A stretch of DNA of 63,909 nt, the filler included, from Vicugna vicugna (taxonomy: Eukaryota), in assembly GCA_013265495.1 (NCBI GenBank). It is 79 parts of 76 records of this genome, joined end to end, with 100 filler letters (N's around TTAATTAATTAA, not from the genome) between each part and the next. Parts side by side here need not be neighbours in the genome. Positions count along the whole stretch, not along the records: positions 49,321 to 50,056 come from MU062506.1; positions 50,157 to 50,631 come from MU062507.1; positions 50,732 to 51,648 come from PNXW01024683.1; positions 51,749 to 52,443 come from PNXW01024684.1; positions 52,544 to 53,607 come from MU062509.1; positions 53,708 to 54,473 come from MU062512.1; positions 54,574 to 55,045 come from PNXW01024696.1; positions 55,146 to 55,920 come from MU062513.1; 71 more parts are not named here. One strand, given 5' to 3'. Made by a program: the position numbers and the translations under genes. The notes beneath the pieces are model-generated. The model had not been told where the DNA came from and ran no database searches. It worked only from the letters and a program-made list of their open reading frames with translations. This document shows positions 49,321 through 60,591 of this stretch, one piece after another. Every line of letters begins with the position of its first letter. The stretch's first letter is position 1.

Positions 49321-50056
49321 TGTACATAAAAGGGAATATCATGTTGCTGGAATCTATTCAAATTATTTATCTCTAGGGTAGTATTCGCTCCAAGAGAGTT
49401 TTTCTGGCATCAAAGTGTGATTCTAGAAACTGGTGATAGGAAGAAGATACAAAGTCAAAATAAATATTTCAATGTGCATAGGTAACTTGTTTGGTGGTTG
49501 AAACATCATCTATGCACATNNNNNNNNNNNNNNNNNNNNNNNNNNNNNNNNNNNNNNNNNNNNNNNNNNNNNNNNNNNNNNNNNNNNNNNNNNNNNNNNN
49601 NNNNNNNNNNNNNNNNNNNNNNNNNNNNNNNNNNNNNNNNNNNNNNNNNNNNNNNNNNNNNNNNNNNNNNNNNNNNNNNNNNNNNNNNNNNNNNNNNNNN
49701 NNNNNNNNNNNNNNNNNNNNNNNNNNNNNNNNNNNNNNNNNNNNNNNNNNNNNNNNNNNNNNNNNNNNNNNNNNNNNNNNNNNNNNNNNNNNNNNNNNNN
49801 NNNNNNNNNNNNNNNNNNNNNNNNNNNNNNNNNNNNNNNNNNNNNNNNNNNNNNNNNNNNNNNNNNNNNNNNNNNNNNNNCTTCAGAAGTATTTTTCTGT
49901 GAAAAATGCACGAATTCGAAACTGGTGTTATGGAAAGATTGTGAAAATGTGTACACGTGTCTAGCTGAAAATATTCCTTTTATACAGGATGAAATCAGCA
50001 ATCCACATGCACTCAACTCAGGAATGCATGTTTGTCGAATCAGTCATGCATGTAGC
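49321..50056 (-). repeat. Satellite D
   Basis: GTGTACACGTGTCTAG and TCAAAGTGTGATTCT motifs (reverse complement). Confidence 0.93.
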
Positions 50057-50512
50057 NNNNNNNNNNNNNNNNNNNNNNNNNNNNNNNNNNNNNNNNNNNN
50101 TTAATTAATTAANNNNNNNNNNNNNNNNNNNNNNNNNNNNNNNNNNNNNNNNNNNNGAGCCAGTCCTGAGCAGTCCTTTTCCAGGTTTTGGCAGGCAGCT
50201 CTCAGAAGTGCTCTCGTATGCCTTGGTCCCTTTTGGCCACTAGCAAAGGGATCAAGGCTGAGCAGTGAGCCTCCTTCCTCATCCAAGACCTAGGAACCTC
50301 TCTGACTTCTGAGCAGGGCTTCACTCTTGTCTGCTGTCTGGTACTCTCCACNNNNNNNNNNNNNNNNNNNNNNNNNNNNNNNNNNNNNNNNNNNNNNNNN
50401 NNNNNNNNNNNNNNNNNNNNNNNNNNNNNNNNNNNNNNNNNNNNNNNNNNNNNNNNNNNNNNNNNNNNNNNNNNNNNNNNNNNNNNNNNNNNNNNNNNNN
50501 NNNNNNNNNNNN

Positions 50513-50560
50513 GAGTCAAATCTCTAAGCTAAGTTTCCTCCTCAGTAAAATGAAGACATA
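50513..50560 (+). mobile_element. MIR core fragment
   Basis: TCTCTAAGCTAAGTTTCCTCCTCAGTAAAATGAAGA. Confidence 0.55.
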
Positions 50561-50731
50561 TCAATATGGAAAAAAAATCAGAATCAGGGGTTAATAAATT
50601 TCTGGTGACTGAAGATTTTTTAATTTTGAATNNNNNNNNNNNNNNNNNNNNNNNNNNNNNNNNNNNNNNNNNNNNTTAATTAATTAANNNNNNNNNNNNN
50701 NNNNNNNNNNNNNNNNNNNNNNNNNNNNNNN

Positions 50732-51459
50732 GTCCTCCGACCGTCACCTGTGAGACCGCCATGAGCGCTCTCCAGACTCATGGCCCAAGTCCATAGGCCA
50801 GGACTACACAGATTCCCTCACTCTCCCCAGCAAACAGGGACCACCTCTCGGCAAAGGCATATCACCATCCTCTGCACGAGGGACAGCATGATAGATACAT
50901 GGGGAAACAGAGCAGAAGGTGGGGGGGTAGGCAGCTCAGAAGAGCTCGTCTGCACTTTCGAGGCAAAGTGGGGCCCTTGACTTAATCACAGGGACAAACT
51001 AGGCACCTCACGCAGGTGGGACGTGGGCCCCCTGTTCCTATAACTCACAGGGCTGGTCTGGACATTCTTTTTATCAGTTGTCTGGCGTCTTCTCCTCCAA
51101 CTTACCAACAACCAGAAAGTAGAATCTGAGATCAGTTAAGTTCAAGAATCACAGAGCACCGCCCCCACAGCGGGCCCGGCAGCACGTGCCAGGTCCTCCG
51201 ACCGTCACCTGTGAGACCGCCATGAGCGCTCTCCAGACTCATGGCCCAAGTCCATAGGCCAGGACTACACAGATTCCCTCACTCTCCCCAGCAAACAGGG
51301 ACCACCTCTCGGCAAAGGCATATCACCATCCTCTGCACGAGGGACAGCATGATAGATACATGGGGAAACAGAGCAGAAGGTGGGGGGGTAGGCAGCTCAG
51401 AAGAGCTCATCTGCACTTTCGAGGCAAAGTGGGGCCCTTGACTTAATCACAGGGACAAA
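50732..51459 (+). repeat. Recent tandem duplication, 461-bp period
   Basis: 50732-50998 equals 51193-51459 except for one G/A difference (50948/51409). Confidence 0.95.
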
Positions 51460-51748
51460 GTGAGAATGAACATTTCTCTGCTCTTTCCCATACTCCGTGA
51501 TACGCTTTTCCCTGCATAAGGAGTTCATTCGGAAGTCCTTGGCGGTGTTTCTGATGTCCTAACATGGCATGCTGGCTGTTGGGCAGGAAGAGAGGGCCTG
51601 AGCCCAATAGGTGCTGGGCCTGGAAGGCAGGAGACACCGGCTCCAGCCNNNNNNNNNNNNNNNNNNNNNNNNNNNNNNNNNNNNNNNNNNNNTTAATTAA
51701 TTAANNNNNNNNNNNNNNNNNNNNNNNNNNNNNNNNNNNNNNNNNNNN

Positions 51749-52443
51749 TCAAACTGACAGCAGCACCTGGGTTCTATTACTATCCCTTAGCTTTTGTTCC
51801 CTGAGTGTTACTTTAGGCCAGGCCATGAGGGAAACCTGGGGGTTGGGCTTGGAGGCCAAGTAGAAGTGAGTGCCCCCTGATCCACTGAGGAATTACTTAG
51901 AGGACTTCTCCCTAAACGGAACACCTTTTCCTCCATTCATCTGGGTGGAGTGGGGCTACACATCTCTCCCACACCTAAGAATGTGTTCTGGAATTCTGAG
52001 TGCAGGGAAGTTCCTCCAACTGACAGCAGCGCCTGGGTTCTACTGAGTGCAGGGAAGTTCCTCCAACTGACAGCAGCGCCTGGGTTCTAATTGAATCCCT
52101 TTGTTGTCTTCCCTGTTAGAAAGCCTAGGCGGGAGTGCGGGGGACAGTGTTGTTTGGGCTCCGAAACCAAGAATTTGCGATGACCTCTCTATGGTGTGTG
52201 GAGGAATTTAAACTAAATCCCTAACCTGGGAACACCTGTGCCCCCATAAAGATCCGTGGAGGCTGTTTCCACACCTCCAGAGCACACACGATCACTTGCA
52301 CACTTATCCTGAGAGTGGGCAGCCTCCTCCAACTGAGAGCAGGGCCTTGGTTCTTATAAAATCGCTTAAGTTGTCTACCCTATTTGGTTGTCTGATATGG
52401 AGTGCTGGGGAAAGGGAGGGTTGGGCTCTAAATCCAAGTATTA
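51749..52443 (+). repeat. Satellite C (three monomer types; 47-bp internal duplication)
   Basis: Cores AACTGACAGCAGC/AACTGAGAGCAGG at ~51752, ~52018 and ~52331. Confidence 0.93.
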
Positions 52444-52543
52444 NNNNNNNNNNNNNNNNNNNNNNNNNNNNNNNNNNNNNNNNNNNNTTAATTAATTAAN
52501 NNNNNNNNNNNNNNNNNNNNNNNNNNNNNNNNNNNNNNNNNNN

Positions 52544-53607
52544 GTACACATTTTCACAATCTTTCCCTAGCACCAGTTTTGAATTCGTACTTTTTCATAG
52601 AAAAACAGTTCTGGAGCGATTTCCAACTAACATATATGTAATTTACATGAATTCTATCAACATGGCATTCCGGGTTCCGTACATGCTACATGCATGACAG
52701 ATACGAAAACATGGGTCTCTGAGTTGTGAGCATGTGGGTTATTGAACTTTCACCGACCATACAAGGCATATATACACTTAGAAAAATTTACTCTGACTTC
52801 ATAGNNNNNNNNNNNNNNNNNNNNNNNNNNNNNNNNNNNNNNNNNNNNNNNNNNNNNNNNNNNNNNNNNNNNNNNNNNNNNNNNNNNNNNNNNNNNNNNN
52901 NNNNNNNNNNNNNNNNNNNNNNNNNNNNNNNNNNNNNNNNNNNNNNNNNNNNNNNNNNNNNNNNNNNNNNNNNNNNNNNNNNNNNNNNNNNNNNNNNNNN
53001 NNNNNNNNNNNNNNNNNNNNNNNNNNNNNNNNNNNNNNNNNNNNNNNNNNNNNNNNNNNNNNNNNNNNNNNNNNNNNNNNNNNNNNNNNNNNNNNNNNNN
53101 NNNNNNNNNNNNNNNNNNNNNNNNNNNNNNNNNNNNNNNNNNNNNNNNNNNNNNNNNNNNNNNNNNNNNNNNNNNNNNNNNNNNNNNNNNNNNNNNNNNN
53201 NNNNNNNNNNNNNNNNNNNNNNNNNNNNNNNNNNNNNNNNNNNNNNNNNNNNNNNNNNNNNNNNNNNNNNNNNNNNNNNNNNNNNNNNNNNNNNNNNNNN
53301 NNNNNNNNNNNNNNNNNNNNNNNNNNNNNNNNNNNNNNNNNNNNTTCGTGCATTTTTCACAGAAAAATTGTTCTGGAGCGATTTCCACCTAATAGGTATA
53401 TAATATACATGAATTCCATCAACATGGCATTCCGGGTTCTGTATATGCTCCATGCATGAAGGATTCGACAATAATGCGTTTCTGACTTGTGAGCATGTGG
53501 ATTTCTGACGTTTCATCTTCTGAACAAGGCGTATATAGACTTAGATATGTTTACTCTGTCTCCATAGGTTTTTCCTTTCACCAGGATCTAAAATCGGACA
53601 TTTGGCA
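52544..53607 (+). repeat. Satellite D
   Basis: The same D2-D3 segment lies on both sides of the gap. Confidence 0.93.
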
Positions 53608-53707
53608 NNNNNNNNNNNNNNNNNNNNNNNNNNNNNNNNNNNNNNNNNNNNTTAATTAATTAANNNNNNNNNNNNNNNNNNNNNNNNNNNNNNNNNNNNN
53701 NNNNNNN

Positions 53708-54473
53708 TCTGAGCTGTGAACATACGCATGACAGATGTTTCAACCACCAAAATCTCTACCAATGCACTCTGAAATATTTACATAGACTTCGTTGCTTCTT
53801 CCTTTCACCAGTTTCAAGAATCACACTTTGATGCCAGAAAAACCCTCTTGGAGCGAATTCTACCCTAGAGATATGTAATTTGAATAGATTCCATCTAAAT
53901 GATNNNNNNNNNNNNNNNNNNNNNNNNNNATGACGGATTCGACAAACATGCATTCCTGAGTTGAGAGCATGTGGATTACTGATCTTTCATCCTCTATAAA
54001 AACAATATTTTCATCTAGACACGTGTACCCATTTTCACAATCTTTTCCTAACACCAGTTTCGAACTCATTCTTTTTTCTCACAAAAATACTTCTGGAGCA
54101 ATTTCCATCTAACAGATATGTAATTTACATGAATTCCATCAACATGGCATTCCGGGTTCCGTACATGTTTCATGCGTGAAGGATTCGGCAAACATGTGTT
54201 TTTGAGATCTCAGCATGTGGATTACTGACCTTTCATCCACCAAACAAGGCATATATACACTTAGAAATATTGACTTTGACTTCATAGATTTTTTCTGTCA
54301 CCAGGTACAAAATCGGACATTTGGCACTAGAAAAGCCTCTTTGAGCGAATACTCACCTATACACATGTAATTCACATTGTTTCATAACCACGGCATTCCA
54401 TATTCTGAACATGTTTCATGCAATACCTATTCCTCAAACGTGCATTTCTGAGTTGTGAATATGCTCATGACTG
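53708..54473 (+). repeat. Satellite D, one complete ~739-bp HOR unit
   Basis: Monomer anchors at 53720, 53967, 54213 and 54459; first and fourth are the same type. Confidence 0.95.
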
Positions 54474-56020
54474 NNNNNNNNNNNNNNNNNNNNNNNNNNN
54501 NNNNNNNNNNNNNNNNNTTAATTAATTAANNNNNNNNNNNNNNNNNNNNNNNNNNNNNNNNNNNNNNNNNNNNTTATCTAATTCTCAATAGTTTCTTCTG
54601 CTATTGGACCAATCTGGGGTGTGTCTATGTCCATCCGAATACTATCCCTTTCTGAAACTCTTATGAAAATTTCAGTGCACAGTCATGTTAATTATGATGT
54701 TTCACTCATGATGCCACTTAAACATATCATCATCTTGCATTGTTTCAAAATATTGAAAGTATGTAAACTGTAATTATTTATGTTGCCTTATTTTAGTTGT
54801 AATGGCTATATGTTTTTCCAGGTTTATTTTCTTCAATTGTAAAACTGCTCAAGCAAATTAGATCTACCCAGTGTTTCACAATGATACCCTGTACACTTTG
54901 CCTTCCCAAAATGTTGCTTTAAATATTCTATTTGAAGAGTTTTCTCCCTCTTCTCACTCTGTGTGAATAGTGTTCATCCTTCAAAAAGCAGTCAATGACA
55001 CAAAAGTGTCATTCCTCTCACAAAAGAGTATCTGACCTTGTGACTNNNNNNNNNNNNNNNNNNNNNNNNNNNNNNNNNNNNNNNNNNNNTTAATTAATTA
55101 ANNNNNNNNNNNNNNNNNNNNNNNNNNNNNNNNNNNNNNNNNNNNCCTGCAAGTGTATTTTATTAAAAATAATAAGGAATTCTTGCTCTCAAATAAAGCA
55201 ACAGACAGGAGAACATACTGAGTGTTTAAAATAAATAAGACTATGGGTTAACTTATCTAAACAAGTCAAGATAGTTTAGGGAAAAAAGTATGAACTTGAA
55301 GGAAAATACATATTGTGTAATTAATATCCTATTTTTAAGAAGAAAATGATNNNNNNNNNNNNNNCAAAATTTAATCATTTATCTAGAAAGTAGTTATATA
55401 AAGCCAACTTATTTTCATAAGTTACATAAATAAAAGGGCTATCAAAATCTACATTATTAAAGATTAAATTATACCAAATAGATCACCAAGGTTGATTGAT
55501 TTTCATGATATTAATAATTTTTGAAAATATAACTTACATACAACATATCCAAGCAGCCCTTCAGTTATCCACAGTACCCTAGTCTACAGTTATTCTTACT
55601 GTACTTAAAACAAGTAATAGGCAAGGTTCAGGCCCTTGCTTTTGAACTGCCACTGGAATTCTGGATATTCCCTTAGGTTAAAGACCAAAAGCAAAGTAAC
55701 AATTCTACTTTAAAGCAGTTACTTAAAGACTTTAAAACATTCACTATCTATATCCAGTTACAGGAAATAATTAAGTTTTCTGAAGCTTAAAAAAAAGAAA
55801 TCTTCTGCTGAAAATGAAATTCTCTCATGTATGCTGACCATAACTTTACAGGCCCAAAATTAATGCTCCCTTTAATGTTTTCCTACCAACATAGGTCATT
55901 ATCTTCGCTTTCAAATTCCANNNNNNNNNNNNNNNNNNNNNNNNNNNNNNNNNNNNNNNNNNNNTTAATTAATTAANNNNNNNNNNNNNNNNNNNNNNNN
56001 NNNNNNNNNNNNNNNNNNNN

Positions 56021-56515
56021 TTTATCCTATATTCTAAATTCTGTGTTCTACATTCTATTTTCGAACACTATATTCAGTATTCTGAATTCTATATTCAAAA
56101 TTCTGTGTTCTGCATTCCATGTTCTCAATTCTGGGTTTTGTATTCTGTTTTCCATATTCTATATTCTGTGTTGTACATTCTATATTCTGTATTCTATATT
56201 CTACTTTCCGTATACTACATTCCATATTCTGTGTTCTACATTGTATATTCTAAATTCTATATTCAGTATTCTGTACTCTATATTCTAAATTCTGTGTTCT
56301 AAATTATATATTCATATTCTCTATTCAGTATTCGGTATTCAATATTCTTAATACTGTGTTCTGCATTCCATGTTCTAAATTTTGTGTTCTGTATTCTGTT
56401 TTCCATATTCTATATTATGTGTTCTTCATTCTATATTCTGTATTGTGTATTATGCATGCCTTAAATGTTCTACATTCTATATAATAAATTCTATATTCAG
56501 TATTCTGTATTCTAT
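56021..56515 (-). repeat. Satellite E
   Basis: TTCTGCATTCCATGTTCT at 56108 and 56359 amid heptamers. Confidence 0.95.
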
Positions 56516-56615
56516 NNNNNNNNNNNNNNNNNNNNNNNNNNNNNNNNNNNNNNNNNNNNTTAATTAATTAANNNNNNNNNNNNNNNNNNNNNNNNNNNNN
56601 NNNNNNNNNNNNNNN

Positions 56616-57202
56616 CAAGTTCGAATTTGTGCATTTTCCACAGAAAAATAGTTCTGGAGCTCTTTCCACCTAACAGATATGTAATTTGCATGAATTCCAC
56701 CAACATGGCATTCCAGGTTCCGTACATGCTACATGCATGACGGATTCGGCAATCATGCGTTTCTGACTTGTGAGCATGTGGATTACTGACCTTCCATTCA
56801 CCAAACAAGGCGTATATAGGCTTAGAAATATTTACTCTAACTTCATAGATTTTTTCTTTCACCAGGTACTAAAATCGGACATCTGGCACCAGAAAACACT
56901 CTTTGAGCGAATTCTCACCAATACACATGTAATTTACATTGTTTCCATAACCAAAGATTTCCGTATTACGAACATGTTTCATGCATCACGGATTCCTCAA
57001 ACATGCATTTCTGAGTTGTGAACATGCGCATGACTGATGTTTCAAACTCCAAACAAGATACTTATGTTCTCTGAAATATTTTCTTTGACTTCGTAGCTTC
57101 ATCCTATCACCAGATTCAAGAATCACACTTTGATCACACAAAAACCCTCTTGGACCTAATTCTACCCTGGAGATATGTAATTTCAATAGATTCCATCTAC
57201 AT
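56616..57202 (+). repeat. Satellite D
   Basis: Monomer order D2-D3-D1. Confidence 0.94.
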
Positions 57203-57309
57203 NNNNNNNNNNNNNNNNNNNNNNNNNNNNNNNNNNNNNNNNNNNNTTAATTAATTAANNNNNNNNNNNNNNNNNNNNNNNNNNNNNNNNNNNNNNNNNN
57301 NNATCAGTG

Positions 57310-57405
57310 TCTCCTTTTTTGCAGCAGAGGGATTGAGAGATGGAGCAACTTGTCCCCAATCACACACAGCTGGTGGTGGCTAGCTTGGTGCTGGAACCCA
57401 GGCTG
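57310..57405 (-). mobile_element. MIR fragment
   Basis: TTTTGCAGCAGAGG...GCAACTTGTCCCCAATCACACACAGCTGG...GAACCCAGG. Confidence 0.6.
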
Positions 57406-58762
57406 CACAGGATGCATTCTTAATTGCTCCTCTAATCAGCCTCCTGTTGAGTAGTTACCCGAAATCCTGTGACTCCATAAATGGCCGATTTTAGTGATCT
57501 CAGCCTGATGAGGCCTTCAAAGGAGAGACACCATTGAGAATGTGAGACAGAGTGGCATAAATTAAAATTGTACATTTTCACAAATGTTTAATTCTCAGTT
57601 AATTACTTAAAAAGTTAATTTCTTTTATTTTAGTGCTCTGTACAAAACATTAAAAATAATTATAGTACAAAAGAGAAGTGGGCTTTGAAAGTCCAACCAC
57701 TGATAATGATGTTACTTGTTTTTCTCTAGTGGCCCGTATTGTCAGAAACAGTTACAAATACTGAATTGGTATTACGTAGTCTTAATATGGAAGAAAAGAT
57801 TGTCNNNNNNNNNNNNNNNNNNNNNNNNNNNNNNNNNNNNNNNNNNNNTTAATTAATTAANNNNNNNNNNNNNNNNNNNNNNNNNNNNNNNNNNNNNNNN
57901 NNNNCTCCTTGGAGATGAGGTGTCAGGTTTGGGAACCTGGGCACTGCTGAGATCATAGCTGCCAGCACTGTGCTACACAAAGGCTGGCTCCGTTCACCTA
58001 ACCTGTCACCACCTGCTGAGTCCCAAGGCGTCAGTCAAGGTAGGTGCATCGGTGCAACATAAGCAGGGACCACCTTCTCCCCCTGGACAGACTGGTGGGT
58101 GAACAGTCGAAGCCCGGAGCCCTTCCCCAGCCCCCAGGCCAGTGCCTCCTCTTTTGTCATAGGAGGCACTGGTGACATTTTTGCTCAGCAACTGCTTCGC
58201 TCTGAGTCTAAAAACACACCAGAGAATGTCNNNNNNNNNNNNNNNNNNNNNNNNNNNNNNNNNNNNNNNNNNNNNNNNNNNNNNNNNNNNNNNNNNNNNN
58301 NNNNNNNNNNNNNNNNNNNNNNNNNNNNNNNNNNNNNNNNNNNNNNNNNNNNNNNNNNNNNNNNNNNNNNNNNNNNNNNNNNNNNNNNNNNNNNNNNNNN
58401 NNNNNNNNNNNNNNNNNNNNNNNNNNNNNNNNNNNNNNNNNNNNNNNNNNNNNNNNNNNNNNNNCGGGTCAAGCACATTCTCTTCCAGTCATTTTATTCC
58501 ATTGTTGCTTTTTCTATTCCACAGTCATTAATTTATAAAGCAATGCTTTGGTTCAGGAGAAGGGCCTAATTCTCTCCTGTTACTTGTGGTGGAAGTGAGC
58601 CTGAAATGTGACCACAGTTTGTAGCTCAAAAGCTGCCTAGACGCATGTAGGTGGAGTTTTGGNNNNNNNNNNNNNNNNNNNNNNNNNNNNNNNNNNNNNN
58701 NNNNNNTTAATTAATTAANNNNNNNNNNNNNNNNNNNNNNNNNNNNNNNNNNNNNNNNNNNN

Positions 58763-59326
58763 CAACGGTCGGCAGCGCGTTGGTTGTAACGGAATGCCTC
58801 ATGTCGTATCCCCTGAGGATTTTCCTTATATCTCTCTGCCAGGGAATGCTAGGGGTGATTGCTGGATGTCCCAGTGACAGAGGCTGCCTCCCCAAGGTCA
58901 GGGAAGTTATTTCTCGGACTTTCCCGAACAGGGAACACCTGTGAATGAAGAGAGCTACGTGGAGTTGTCTCTCGANNNNNNNNNNNNNNNNNNNNNNNNN
59001 NNNNNNNNNNNNNNNNNNNNNNNNNNNNNNNNNNNNNNNNNNNNNNNNNNNNNNNNNNNNNNNNNNNNNNNNNNNNNNNNNNNNNNNNNNNNNNNNNNNN
59101 CCAGGGAATGCTTGGGGTGATTGCAGGATATCCCAGTGACAGAGGCTGCCTCCCCAATGTCAGGGAAGTTTTTTCACGGACTTTCCCGAACAGGGAACAC
59201 TTGTGAATGAAGAGAGCTACGTGGATTTGTCTGTCGAGCTCCCCCAAGCACTGACAATGTTTCTGGAATCCTGAGCGGGGAGAGGTTCCACCAACGGTCG
59301 GCAGCGCCTGTGTTCTAACGGAATGC
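58763..59326 (+). repeat. Satellite A
   Basis: CAACGGTCGGCAGCGC and CAGGGAACAC.TGTGAATGAAGAGAGCTACGTGGA. Confidence 0.95.
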
Positions 59327-59426
59327 NNNNNNNNNNNNNNNNNNNNNNNNNNNNNNNNNNNNNNNNNNNNTTAATTAATTAANNNNNNNNNNNNNNNNNN
59401 NNNNNNNNNNNNNNNNNNNNNNNNNN

Positions 59427-60491
59427 CTAAAGACAAGGATTAGCGAGTGCCCCTCTATGGGCAGTGGAGGCATTTAAACCAAATCCCCAACATTGGAACA
59501 CCTGTGCCCCCAAAAAGATGCGTGGAATATCTTTCCCACCTCCAGAACACACACGAAGACTTTCAGATATCCTTAGTGTGGGTTGCTCCTCAAAATGACA
59601 GCAGCGTCTGGGTCTAATAGAATCCCTTAGCTTGTAATACGAGTGTTTCCCTGGTCCGGGATGTGAGGGAAAGCTGGGGGTTGGGCTTGGAGTCCAAGTA
59701 GCAGTGAGTGCCCCCTGATCGATTGAGGAAGTACTTAGAGGACTTCTCCCTAAAGGGAACACNNNNNNNNNNNNNNNNNNNNNNNNNNNNNNNNNNNNNN
59801 NNNNNNNNNNNNNNNNNNNNNNNNNNNNNNNNNNNNNNNNNNNNNNNNNNNNNNNNNNNNNNNNNNNNNNNNNNNNNNNNNNNNNNNNNNNNNNNNNNNN
59901 NNNNNNNNNNNNNNNNNNNNNNNNNNNNNNNNNNNNNNNNNNNNNNNNNNNNNNNNNNNNNNNNNNNNNNNNNNNNNNNNNNNNNNNNNNNNNNNNNNNN
60001 NNNNNNNNNNNNNNNNNNNNNNNNNNNNNNNNNNNNNNNNNNNNNNNNNNNNNNNNNNNNNNNNNNNNNNNNNNNNNNNNNNNNNNNNNNNNNNNNNNNN
60101 NNNNNNNNNNNNNNNNNNNNNNNNNNNNNNNNNNNNNNNNNNNNNNNNNNNNNNNNNNNNNNNNNNNNNNNNNNNNNNNNNNNNNNNNNNNNNNNNNNNN
60201 NNNNNNNNNNNNNNNNNNNNNNNNNNNNNNNNNNNNNNNNNNNNNNNNNNNNNNNNNNNNNNNNNNNNNNNNNNNNNNNNNNNNNNNNNNNNNNNNNNNN
60301 NNNNNNNNNNNNNNNNNNNNNNNNNNNNNNNNNNNNNNNNNNNNNNNNNNNNNNNNNNNNNNNNNNNNNNGTATCCTGAGGGAGGCACTTCCAACTGATA
60401 GCAGCATCTGGGATCAAATCGGATCCCTTAGGTTGACTTCCCTGATTATTTTCCATGGACAGGCTGGGAGCGAAGGTGGGGGTTGGTTGGG
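59427..60491 (+). repeat. Satellite C, variant monomer order
   Basis: Cores at ~59592 and ~60392. Confidence 0.92.
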
Positions 60492-60591
60492 NNNNNNNNN
60501 NNNNNNNNNNNNNNNNNNNNNNNNNNNNNNNNNNNTTAATTAATTAANNNNNNNNNNNNNNNNNNNNNNNNNNNNNNNNNNNNNNNNNNNN

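Noticed and set aside
50732..50998. Duplicated block is exactly 267 bp, the same as the satellite A monomer
   Set aside because: No sequence similarity to satellite A; the length is set by the scaffold start and the true period is 461.
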